A DNA stretch of 62,915 bases, counting the filler, from Octopus bimaculoides (Eukaryota): the NCBI RefSeq assembly GCF_001194135.2. It is 7 parts of 7 records of this genome, joined end to end, with 100 filler letters (N's around TTAATTAATTAA, not from the genome) between each part and the next. Parts side by side here need not be neighbours in the genome. Positions count along the whole stretch, not along the records: positions 16,604 to 45,581 come from NC_068982.1; positions 45,682 to 56,959 come from NC_069010.1; 5 more parts are not named here. One strand, written 5' to 3'. Every line of letters starts with the position of its first letter. Position 1 is the first letter of the stretch. The notes beneath the pieces are model-generated. The model worked only from the letters and a program-made list of their open reading frames with translations. It ran no database searches and was not told the origin of the DNA. Below, piece after piece: positions 40,847-52,101 of this stretch. The position numbers and the translations under genes were made by a program.

Positions 40847-43399
40847 GTGTCTTCCTACTGTCTTGATATTGTTTGCATGCAATGTAGGCAGTATCACCTT
40901 ATAGGTTGTATTCATTTTTTAAAAATTGATTATAAACTTCTGACACTCAGGCTGAAGACAGAGTTAAACAGAACTGATGAAACAACAGCCAAAATGCCAT
41001 GCAGTAATTAGTTCCATTCTTTTATATTCTAAGATCAAGTTTGTATTGGATTCTTCAGATGCTGGCAAAATAAGTACCAATCAGGTACTGGTAAAAGATT
41101 TTAGTAACTCTTTACCTATCCTAAAATTTGTGGTCACCTGCCTTTGTTAGAAATCAATATTCAATATGGCTCTTTACCATTGTCTTCATGGAGAAAATAC
41201 TGTGCCATGCGAAGGAAATTCTCAATGAAGACGCAAAATGTAACTGAATGGTAAAACACAAGCTAGATTGAATCAGTAAATAATAATGGACAATATAGAA
41301 TTCTAAGATTGAGATTTAGTATTGATGCCTTAGTTTTCTATTCTAGAATAGTGAATATAAATCAAGTTCTCTTACATAGGCGTGTCAATTTAGATTAATA
41401 AAAGATATATAGTGGAAATCTGTCTCATTCTTGCTATTCCAAGAACATTCAAAGCCACTTAGAAAACTTTTCAATAAACCATAATAAATATTGTAGTAGT
41501 TGCTAATGATCAATAAAGTACAATAAATACCTATGGTGTACCCAAGGTAGATAATCAAAGCTTAAAAGTATCTGATATCTGTCAATCTACTACAGAAATG
41601 TTCAGTGTGTTTGTTTCAGCCATGCAATATATCTGTCTACAGGAAGGCAGCAAGCTGGCAGAATCATTCGGGCAAACTGCTTTGGGAATGTTTCATTCAT
41701 CTTTGTGCTTTGAGTTCAAATAATACCAAGGAGGATTTTGACTTTCATCCTTTCAGATTCAATAAAATACATATCAGTTAATTGCTGGGGTTGTACCCAC
41801 TCACACAGAATTGCTGGTCTTGTGCCAAAATTTGAAACTAGTGTATCTTTCTACAGGATATATCACACTACAATCTATGCAATTAACACTGTACATTGGA
41901 GTATGTACTTTGGTCATCAAATAAGTGGTGACATAGCATATCTAGAACACAAGGTCTGTAGGTTTGGCTTAGCCGTTCAAGCTACTCACCTCCATGCTGT
42001 AGAACTGCTCCATCAGAGCTGGCCAGGAGTTACACATCTTTTCCATAGTCATCATCATATTTACATCTGTTTTCTCCATGCTGGTTGGGTAAAATCAAAA
42101 CTTCTTGAGGTTTCATTCTACAGCTGGGTACCCCTTCTTTTGATTTCACCGCTTATATATTTTCAAGTAAGATACTTTGCTCTAAATCTTCACAATGATA
42201 AACAGCTGATCACCTGGACGTTTTGTTCAGGCAGAACATAGACACATCACTCCTGCCCAAGGGATGTGAATAAAAAGATACACAGAGACACACATTTCCC
42301 TCTATACACACACACACATGCACATATGCATACATGCACATGTTCGAAACACACACATATAACAACACAATATCTGTTTGAGAGTTGTATCAACCCAATG
42401 TAATCTGAGAGTATTTCTTGCAAAACAACAGAGAAGTTTTAAGAGAACCATAAAATTAATTACCTTTATTAATTAGAAATTCCATTGAAACAAACAGACC
42501 ATAAACCTTAAAATAAACACCAAAAATAAAACAAAAAACTCCAATGAAAAATTAACTGCTCATTCATATTTTCCCACTTTAATGATCAGCTTTGTGTGAA
42601 CGAAGTATTATTCATCTGAACAATGAAAGCAAAGGTTTGTTAGATTCAAATGGGCCATCCATATAATTAACTATGTTAGTATGTTCAGCTTTTAACAGCA
42701 GCATATTCAGTAGTTTGAAGTGATGTAAAAACTGCTGTGATGTTTCACTAAATCCTGTTGCTGCATGTTATTATTTTCAGTGAAATCTTTGAAGAGGTTT
42801 GAATATATTAGCCTATAAAAAGCATAGATGTAAAGTAGCCTATAAATTATTATTTAACCAAAGACATTTAATTATAACGTTGATTAAATCAAATTACAAC
42901 ATGCTATCACAAGTAAAAATGATGGAGTCTCTATGCAGTAACTTGACCTGCAAGAAATAACAGCCGGATCTTCAAATTAGAACACTATATATGTATATAT
43001 CTATATATACTGAAAACTAGGACATATTAGATAGTATTGTCTAAGGAACACTATAATTGGACAAATTTGGGATGGTCATTGATGTAATGTCTTTGTAATT
43101 TGATATTCTTAGCCAAAGCCAAATAACAATAGCAATGAAACATGGTGGTGTCTAGATATTATCCTTTGTTCTTTATTTTTTACTTGTTTCAGTCATTAAA
43201 CTGTGACCATGCTGGGACACCGACTTAAAGAATTTTTACTTGAAAGAATCGAGACTGGTACTTTTTTTTTTATGAACACCAGTACTCATTGTATTGATCT
43301 CTTTTGCTGAACTACTAAGTTACAAGGATGTTATCACACCAATGCTGGTTGTCAAGCAGTGGTGGGAGATAAATACAAACACAAAGACACACATGGATA

Positions 43400-44500
43400 T
43401 ACAAAGACATGACAGAAGTAAATAGACACCCCATAAAACATCGTTTTATGTTTATTTTAACTTGTAAAAGTTCATATTTTTTATTAATTGACATTTTTAT
43501 ATTTCAGGTTCTATATGTGACTGTTTAATCAAGCCATGTACAAAAGAAACCTAGGAACTGTCTGAATTTCAAAGAGGTTATATTGTGGGTCAATCTGAAG
43601 GTGGACATTGCATAAAATCACAGAAATTTTTGTGATCCCACTTTCTACAGTTAATAGAGTGAGTGTGCAATTTACCAGAGAGGGGAAGGAGTTCACATCA
43701 CCTCACTCAAGTTGACCAGGGCTCTATGACAAGACCCTTCTCTTTGTTAAGAGAAAGTGTGGAGGATAATCCTTGTTGCAAGGCTTCTGACATAACAGAA
43801 CATGTTGATGTCAGTCCCAGAACACCTGTCAGGTATCTCCACAAACTTGGTTACAATGGCAGAGGAGCAAGAAGGAAGCCACTTCTTTGACCAGCCAATA
43901 TCAAGTGGAGAAAAGATTGGGCCAGTGAGATGGTGCAGAGGCCACTAGCATTTGTGGACACTGTCATATTCTCTGATGAGTCCAGATTTGTTATGTTTTC
44001 TGATTGGTTGAATGTGGCTCTGAAGACTCTGTGATCATGAATTTGATGTGAAAAGATTGCAATCAACAATGAAACACAGCAGTTATTCTGTGATGGTCTG
44101 GGGAGCAATTTAGAGCAATGGTCAGTCAGAGCTGGTAGAGTGTGGAAAACATAAACCCAGATAAACATATGTCCATATTGCAGACAGAACTCCTTCCAAT
44201 CTTCTCCAGTGGTGAAATGATTAATGAAGACTATTTATTTATGGAGGATGGGGCTCCTTGTCACATGGCTAAAAATGACCCAAAATTTGTTAGATGAGAA
44301 TGACATTAAAAAGCTTTCAGGGCAAAGCTAATCCCCAGATAAGAACCCTATTGAACACCTCTCGGGCATAATGGACAGAGTACTTCATAAAAAGAACAAG
44401 AAAGCATTTTTAAGACCAGATCTTTTGAGATTACTGCATGAAACTTAGCAAGAAATTCCTCAATTCATTAATATGCCTGATAGGGTCCTTGCATTGAATA
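43400..44500 (+). mobile_element. Tc1-like (DD34E) transposon, degenerate
   Basis: ELSEFQRGYIVG, ARRKPLL, VIFSDESRF, EDGAPCH and SPDKNPIEHL motifs with stops and frameshifts. Confidence 0.9.
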
Positions 44501-44788
44501 TCTTTCTGCTGCTTTCATAGCTATACTGCATTTGTAATTTACTATCTTGCCTGTAAAATACCAAACACATTCAATGTCTCCAAATTTTGATTACAAAATA
44601 TTGTCGCTTTCCAAAAGCTGTTATTTCGTGATAAAATTGACATAATTGCTGTCATCGGACAGTTTCGCTTAATGGTAGAGTACTCAGCTGGTATTTGAGG
44701 GGTACAGGTTCAAGTTTCGTAGCACATAATTTTTCCTTCCATCTTATAAGAATAAAATACCCATTCTTTCTGCATTGCATTTGAAATA

Positions 44789-45003
44789 TTAGTTTCTTGT
44801 CTGTAAAATACTTCCAGGAATATAAACAGTTCCAAAACTATTATTGTGAAATAACAAAGTAAACTTTTCAGACAGAACAATGAACTGTTTCTGGTACAAT
44901 GTGAACATAGGAACCAGATGTAATTTCCTCAATGAGCCAAAATTCTTTAGGTACTTTGATGAAACCATTGTTGAAACACTAAATGTTGTATCATATCCCG
45001 TCA
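44789..45003 (-). CDS. Alternative candidate terminal exon (VTGYDTTF...LVPMFTLYQKQF...QTRN*)
   Basis: Acceptor cttgttttaag| is directly phase-compatible with exon f, with 70 open codons in AT-rich DNA. Resemblance to FAM20 'LxPLYQCC' is weak. Confidence 0.3.
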
Positions 45004-45312
45004 CTTAAAACAAGTTGAACTGACATGTGGTGCTAAGTTCAGCTTTAAAGACTTAGAAATCAAAAAAGGAAAAGAGATAGCACTTTGTAAATACTATATT
45101 AACACAATGTTACATCAGAAGGTTATTATCAGTAGGAATGTTAGATAATCAAAGTAAGAAAGCTATAATTTATTCTAATGGTGGTGGTGGTAGGGTCTGT
45201 TCATTATATTCATAAAGGAATCAGAAAGAGAGTCAAGTTTTATTCTGGGAAAGGAAAATAATTAGAATCAAACATTTAGCATAAACTAACATGAGGATAT
45301 GTGATACATGTA

Positions 45313-45424
45313 TCAAATGCCGGAAATTAGCTTTGTGAAATCTTTCTTCTTTGTCTTGTTGGCAATTGATAATATGACTTTTGAACATAACCCCACTCGC
45401 TCATACTGATTCTCTTCAATTTCT
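45313..45424 (-). CDS. Candidate terminal exon of the kinase-fusion gene (EIEENQYERVGLCSKVILSIANKTKKKDFTKLISGI*)
   Basis: Acceptor tcatacttttacag| then 36 open codons. This frame needs a phase-2 start, so an exon would be missing in a gap. A phase-1 reading is also open for 31 codons. Confidence 0.4.
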
Positions 45425-45681
45425 CTGTAAAAGTATGAATCTATATACGTGCCTATATATCTAAATGCTCTGTATATTTTTATAGGTGTATTTTTGTGTG
45501 TGGACACATATATATATATATATAATATGTTTATTATATCTATCTATATATCTATATCTATATATATATATATATATATATNNNNNNNNNNNNNNNNNNN
45601 NNNNNNNNNNNNNNNNNNNNNNNNNTTAATTAATTAANNNNNNNNNNNNNNNNNNNNNNNNNNNNNNNNNNNNNNNNNNNN

Positions 45682-45767
<86 letters not shown>

Positions 45768-46639
45768 ATGTCAACTCTGTTATTCTTTCGACCAGCAATG
45801 ACTGATTTTATTAGAAGAATATATACAAACAGGAGTACCAGATGGGGCTTGAAACACATCCCCTCATATATAGAGAGCAGTGGCCATGCTGGGGCATCGC
45901 TTTGAAGGGTTTAGTTGGGTAAAATAACCACAGCACATAGGTTTTTTTTTGTTGTTTTTTTTTAAGCCTGGTACTTATTTTATCAGACTCTTTTGCTGAA
46001 CCACTAAGTTACAGGAATGTAAACAAACCAACACCAGTNNNNNNNNNNNNNNNNNNNNNNNNNNNNNNNNNNNNNNNNNNNNNNNNNNNNNNNNNNNNNN
46101 NNNNNNNNNNNNNNNNNNNNNNNNNNNNNNNNNNNNNNGGGTTGCCAATTTACATTAATAAAAAAAATAATAATAATTTCAAACTGGGTAGGAATTGAAA
46201 CCAACAATTTTAATCTAAATTTTAACAGCGTGTGATTAGAGTGGTTTCCCTTGATACTAAAAAACTTGTTTTTAAAAATCATTTTTTGAACCATTGTTTA
46301 AAGAACATTTTCTATTACTTCCAGTCTTGTATGTAAATGCGTTTATGTCTATACATGCATGCATACATACATACATATATATTATTTTATTCTTCTAATT
46401 TTTTACTTGTTTCAGTCATTTGACTGCGGCCATGCCGGAGCATCGCCTTGAATGGATTTTAATCAAACAAGTTAACCTGAGGAGTTGTTTTTTTTTTTAG
46501 ACTAGTATCATTCTTTCTCTTTCTCTCTCTCTTTCCCACTCTCTCTCTCTCTCTCTCTCTGTCTCTCTGCAATATAGGGGTAGTTTATCCTGTTCAGGCC
46601 ATATTATTAGCATTATTCTGCGATTGAGAATTTTAAAAA

Positions 46640-46777
46640 ATCATTTCTTTAACTTTCTAAAAGACATCTCAATGCTTCTAAAAGCAAACATCTGACAATG
46701 ACGCTGTAGGAAGTTTCTTGGAGTCCCAAACAAAAGAGTTCTTCTACGCCGGGATAATGGCACTTCAGCACCACTGG
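46640..46777 (+). mobile_element. mariner transposase C-terminal fragment
   Basis: FLESQTKEFFYAGIMALQHHW matches the mariner FF..GI.ALQH.W motif. Confidence 0.65.
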
Positions 46778-47022
46778 NNNNNNNNNNNNNNNNNNNNNNN
46801 NNNNNNNNNNNNNNNNNNNNNNNNNNNNNNNNNNNNNNNNNNNNNNNNNNNNNNNNNNNNNNNNNNNNNNNNNNNNNNNNNNNNNNNNNNNNNNNNNNNN
46901 NNNNNNNNNNNNNNNNNNNNNNNNNNNNNNNNNNNNNNNNNNNNNNNNNNNNNNNNNNNNNNNNNNNNNNNNNNNNNNNNNNNNNNNNNNNNNNNNNNNN
47001 NNNNNNNNNNNNNNNNNNNNNN

Positions 47023-47094
<72 letters not shown>

Positions 47095-47238
47095 ACACGC
47101 ATACAGAGATACATACATATATATATACTAATCAATACTGCTACTTTATTTTAATGACCCCCATAAAGGTGAAATGCATTTTTGACTTTGGCAGGAATTG
47201 AACTAAGAAAGAGCACTGTCACAACATGGACAACTTAC

Positions 47239-47421
47239 CTTTGGTCCCGATGTAATGATTGTTGTTCAACTTGATTTTGGTCAACCAAATGAGTAAGATG
47301 TACTCCAGGAAGAGTTTGTCACCCTTGGCTATATCGGTCAGCTGATCAGTGAGTTGGTCAAGTGGCCTGAGTGTGATAGACTGGACGGTGAACGAAGATG
47401 GTTGCGGTGGTTGTACAAAGC
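47239..47421 (-). CDS. Exon f: GFVQPPQPSSFTVQSITLRPLDQLTDQLTDIAKGDKLFLEYILLIWLTKIKLNNNHYIGTK (degenerate catalytic-loop region)
   Basis: Acceptor ccttttttttcccag|, donor AAG|GTAAGT, 183 nt (phase 1 to 1), fully open. Aligns by eye with FAM20 'IFDFLMGNMDRHHY'. Confidence 0.85.
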
Positions 47422-47469
47422 CTGGGAAAAAAAAGGTTGAACATGAGAATGGTATGGTGAAAAAAGAAC

Positions 47470-47639
47470 AGTATGGTGGTGGTGGTAGTAGTGATGGCAG
47501 TTGTAGTCGTAGCGATGTTGGCAGTAGTGGTGGTGATGGCCACGATGATGGTACTCTCGGGAATTACAACGATGATGGTGATGGTGGTGACAGAGGAGCA
47601 GTAGCATTACTTTTGAGGATGGTATTGGTGGGAGTGCAT

Positions 47640-47676
<37 letters not shown>

Positions 47677-47940
47677 AAGAGATGTGGTAGTAGTGGTGGT
47701 AATAGAGAGCATATGATGGAGGGGTGATGGTGATGGCAGTTGTGGTGGTAGCAGTAGTGAGGATGGTGTTGGTGGAGATTGTGGTGGTGGTGGTGGAATG
47801 GTATGTAAAACAAAAAAAAAAAAAAAANNNNNNNNNNNNNNNNNNNNNNNNNNNNNNNNNNNNNNNNNNNNNNNNNNNNNNNNNNNNNNNNNNNNNNNNN
47901 NNNNNNACCACCACCACCACCACCACCACCACCACCACCA
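47470..47940. repeat. Compound (GGT/GAT/AGT)n low-complexity tract inside the intron between exons e and f
   Basis: Seen directly. Confidence 0.9.
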
Positions 47941-47969
47941 CCCTCCATGTCTGCAAGTCGGTCACTCAC

Positions 47970-48093
47970 CTTCTATGGAACCATCAGCGCCAGCGAAGTC
48001 CTGCAACTGTTGCAAATGCTGCTTGTTCTTGGTGATGACTTGTAGAGTTGAAGCGGTCAGAACCATTTTGGACACTGGGGGTGTATGATACAG
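47970..48093 (-). CDS. Exon e: LYHTPPVSKMVLTASTLQVITKNKQHLQQLQDFAGADGSIE
   Basis: Acceptor tctttgttttcag|, donor AAG|GTGAGT, 124 nt (phase 0 to 1). Completes LDRLLG-L..TPPV (FAM20C 'RRVPPVAGR'). GSIEG resembles FAM20C 'DQIEGSL'. Confidence 0.9.
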
Positions 48094-48459
48094 CTGAAAA
48101 CAAAGACAGCAGTCAACATTATTATACACACATAGCATATATATACATACATACACATACATGTATATATACATCATCGTCATCATCTAGAGTCTCTTTC
48201 TGTGCTGGCATGGGTTGGACGGTTTGACGCAGAGCTGGCTAGCAGCGAGCCATCCAGACCCCCAGCTGTCTGTTTTGGGAAGGGTTTCTGTGGCTGGATG
48301 CCCTTCCTAATGCCAACCACTTCACAGAATGAGCTGGGTGCTTTTTACGTGCCACCAGCATGGGTGTGTTTATGCAACACTGACACAGGTACTTTCGAAG
48401 TGGCACCCGAAGGGACAAGCCTGTATAAACACACCAACATTGGTTGTCAAATGATACAT

Positions 48460-48490
<31 letters not shown>

Positions 48491-49292
48491 CAACAGGCTT
48501 CTTTCTGTTTCCATGTATCAAATCCACTCACAAGACTTTGGTTGGGCCAAGGCTACAGTGGAAGACACTTACCCAAGGTGCCATGCAGTGGGACTGAACC
48601 CGGGACCATGTGGTTGGGAAACAAGCTTCTTATTTCTTTATTGCCCACAAGGGGCTAAACATAGAGGGGACAAACAAGGACAGACAAAGGGATTAAGTCG
48701 ATTACATCGATCCCAGTACGCAACTGGTACTTAATTTATCGACCCCCGAAAGGATGAAAGGCAAAGNNNNNNNNNNNNNNNNNNNNNNNNNNNNNNNNNN
48801 NNNNNNNNNNNNNNNNNNNNNNNNNNNNNNNNNNNNNNNNNNNNNNNNNNNNNNNNNNNNNNNNNNNNNNNNNNNNNNNNNNNNNNNNNNNNNNNNNNNN
48901 NNNNNNNNNNNNNNNNNNNNNNNNNNNNNNNNNNNNNNNNNNNNNNNNNNNNNNNNNNNNNNNNNNNNNNNNNNNNNNNNNNNNNNNNNNNNNNNNNNNN
49001 NNNNNNNNNNNNNNNNGCTAACAAGCTTCTTACCACACAGCCATGCCTGCACCAATATGTGTGTGTGTGTGTGTGTGTGTACATGTGGGGATGTATTAGA
49101 AAGAGCATCCAGTCATAGAAACCATACCGGAGTTGACAACAGAGTTTGATGCAGACCTCTGGTTCATCAGCTTTTGTCAAACCATTCAGCCCATGCTAGC
49201 ATGCGAAGACGATGGAAGAAGATGACGATGACGATGATGACGATGACAAGGATGAGATATTGTAAAAAAACATGGACAGATTGAAACCTTAC

Positions 49293-49525
49293 CCCTAAGA
49301 GCCTGTCCAGCTTATAGACAATCATGCTACCCACATAGGATGATTTGCTGTTTTGCTGTCCCTTAAACACCACGGTGCCCATATGAGCCCCTTTTTCAGG
49401 GGATATAGGTTCGGAAAGATCGGTCCAGTGGAGATTGAGGAGGAACTGTCCGGTGCTGCTCACCTCAAACGCTCTGTCAAGTGTGGCATGATGCATCATG
49501 GTTAACCATTGGCTTTCTGTAATTC
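49293..49525 (-). CDS. Exon d: N-lobe of a FAM20/four-jointed/FAM198-type kinase fold (...GTVVFKGQQNSKSSYVGSMIVYKLDRLLG)
   Basis: Acceptor ctctccgtctgcag|, donor GGG|GTAAGG, 233 nt (phase 1 to 0). FK and YKLDRLLG correspond to the FAM20C 'FKP...AFHLDRILDF' and FAM198 'AFHLDRILGL' motifs. Confidence 0.9.
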
Positions 49526-50560
49526 CTGCAGACGGAGAGAATAGAGAGAGAGATTATCATATATTATTTACATACATTCACACACACACATCATCATCAT
49601 CATCATCATCATCATCGTTTAACGTCCGCTTTCCATGCTAGCATGGGTTGGACGACTTGACTGAGGACTGGTGAAACCGGATGGCAACACCAGGCTCCAA
49701 TCTAAATTTGGCAGAGTTTCTACAGCTGGATGCCCTTCCTAACGCCAACCACTGAGAGAGTGTGGTGGGTGCTTTTACGTGTCACCCGCACGAAAACGGC
49801 CACGCTCGAAATGGTGTCTTTTATGTGCCACCCGCACAAGAGCCAGTCCAGGGGCACTGGCAACGATCTCGCTTGAAAACCCTACANNNNNNNNNNNNNN
49901 NNNNNNNNNNNNNNNNNNNNNNNNNNNNNNNNNNNNNNNNNNNNNNNNNNNNNNNNNNNNNNNNNNNNNNNNNNNNNNNNNNNNNNNNNNNNNNNNNNNN
50001 NNNNNNNNNNNNNNNNNNNNNNNNNNNNNNNNNNNNNNNNNNNNNNNNNNNNNNNNNNNNNNNNNNNNNNNNNNNNNNNNNNNNNNNNNNNNNNNNNNNN
50101 NNNNNNNNNNNNNNTATATATATATATATATATATATATCAAACCATGCCAAAACTGACCCCACCAGAGCTGGTGCACTCAGGCCACTCCGCAGGTAGTT
50201 GCTGTTTGGAAGGGCGTCCAGCTATGAAAACCATCCCAAAACAGACACAGAAGTACGGTGTAGGCTTCTGCCTGGTCATCTCTCTTGTCAAACCGTCCAA
50301 CCCATGCCAGCATGGAAAGCAGGTGTTAAATGATGATGATAATGAGACGTATATATGCGCAGAGAGAGGGAGAGGATGATGATGATCTCAGGGAAGAAAT
50401 GGGGGTGGCTTACTGTCACATCCAAAGACGTGCCCTGAGCCATGCAAATGAAATTTCTAGCAATTACCATGGTCTTTGGTGTCGTCAGCAGTGAAGGTGA
50501 TGTCATGTGACCCGGATTTGAAACTCTGAGTTCTTTAATGACAACTTACAGATTGTCCTA

Positions 50561-50599
<39 letters not shown>

Positions 50600-50934
50600 T
50601 ATGGTTAACAAAAGCCAGGATGTGTGGCATTCAGTTACTCAATAAATGAAAAACGCATTAAATACAAGGAGCAATAGATACATAGTCAGACAGACAGATA
50701 GAAAGAGAGACAGACAGATAGATAGATAGATACACAGACAGACCAGAAGGTAGATAGACAGACTGACAGACAGATAGAAAGAGAGACTGACAGATAGATA
50801 GATGGATGGATAGACAGACAGACAGGTAAGTAGCCAAACAAGGAGAGAGAGAGAGAGAAGGGACAGACAGACAAATAGATAGATAGAACAGGAAGTTAGA
50901 GGAGACAAGGAGAGAGCGAGAAAAGTGAACAAAC

Positions 50935-51180
50935 CTCGTAGTCCAATGTGGTGCCTGAGTCTCTTCTCCCTGATATTTCTGGCCACCTGGTGGACAGACT
51001 GACTACGAGACACACAATCGACCGTGTTGAATCCATGGACAACCGGGGTCATTGGTGCCGGGTGGTTGTTGCTTTTACGACGACTGCCCAGCAGGCTGGA
51101 GACTTTGATGAAGAACGTGGCACCAGTGTTCCGGTGAATGGTGGACTTGGACGAGTTCTTGAAGATTACTGTCAGCAAGG
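50935..51180 (-). CDS. PKDCC: PKDCC-like exon c: end of the PKDCC tail (LLTVIFKNSSKSTIHRNTGATFFIK) followed by a read-through linker ending REKRLRHHIGLR
   Basis: Acceptor tttccttctttcag|, donor GAG|GTTTGT, 246 nt (phase 1 to 1). The first 25 aa parallel the vertebrate terminal 'LVFFKTG..QVVPD..KTTYVK'. No stop codon follows. Confidence 0.85.
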
Positions 51181-51214
51181 CTGAAAGAAGGAAAAAGAAA
51201 GCAATCAAACATTA

Positions 51215-51670
51215 ATAATAATAATAATAATAATCCTTTCTATTATAGGCACAAAGCCCAAAATTTAGGGGGATAATTGATTATATCAATCCACAGTACT
51301 CAACTGGTACTTAATTTATCAACCCCTTGGCAGAATTTGAACTCAGAACATGACGGTAGACAAAATACCACTAAGCATTTTGCCCGGTGTGCTAACGATT
51401 CTGCCATCTCACCGCCTTAATAATAATAATAATAATAATAATAATCCTTTTTACTACAGGCACAAGGCCTGAAATTTTTGAGGAAGGGACAAGTTGATTA
51501 CATCAACCCCAGTGTTTCACTGGTACTTTATTGTCCCTGAAAGCATAAAAGACAAAGTCAACCTCAGTGGGATTTGAACTCTGAATGTAGCGATGGGGAA
51601 AATGCCGCTAACCCTTTCCTCCAGTGTGCTCACAATTCTGGCAGCTCACCGTCTTAATAATAATAATAAT
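51215..51670 (-). mobile_element. Two tandem family B SINEs embedded in (TAA)n
   Basis: Each unit ends ccgcctt/ccgtctt next to taataat runs. Confidence 0.85.
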
Positions 51671-51908
51671 AATAGTAATAGTTTCAAATATGTGTTTATG
51701 GATGTTTGAAGATAACCAAACCAAATTTTCATCATTTTGAGTCACTCACCCAATGAGTAATTCTGCCAAATTTGGTGAAAATCCGTTCAGCCGTTTTCCA
51801 GGAAATTTGCAAACACACAGACAAAGACAAGTGATTACTATACCCTGCTTTTGCATATGCCCGCAGGGTAAGAAATCAAGAAAGAACAAAGAACCGTTTG
51901 TGACTCAC

Positions 51909-52101
51909 TTTTTTCATCGGGCTGTCCGGAGAGGATGACAAAAGCCTTGCAGACAGGATCTTGGGTGCATATGAGCTTGGCATGGGAGACATTGTAGGCT
52001 GTCTTCACACAACCCCATGAGGCACGAGAGAATGGACACGTATAATCAAAGATGCCAGGAATGTTCGAAGAATTGTAGCGGAAATAACGGACATCGTTAT
52101 C
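51909..52101 (-). CDS. PKDCC: PKDCC/VLK-like exon b: Cys-containing C-terminal (PAN/apple-like) domain, DNDVRYFRYNSSNIPGIFDYTCPFSRASWGCVKTAYNVSHAKLICTQDPVCKAFVILSGQPDEK
   Basis: Acceptor tctcctgcag|, donor AA|GTGAGT, 193 nt (phase 0 to 1). Cys spacing and motifs (IP..DY.C, GC...yN...A..C.....C.AFV) match the vertebrate PKDCC tail as I recall it ([36 protein letters not shown]). Confidence 0.9.

Noticed and set aside
46650-46777. Minus-strand open frame PVVLKCHYPGVEELFCLGL as the missing kinase exon
   Set aside because: The plus strand gives a clear mariner C-terminal motif, so the minus frame is probably its shadow.
50948-51184. 78-aa plus-strand ORF
   Set aside because: Antisense shadow of kinase-gene exon c.
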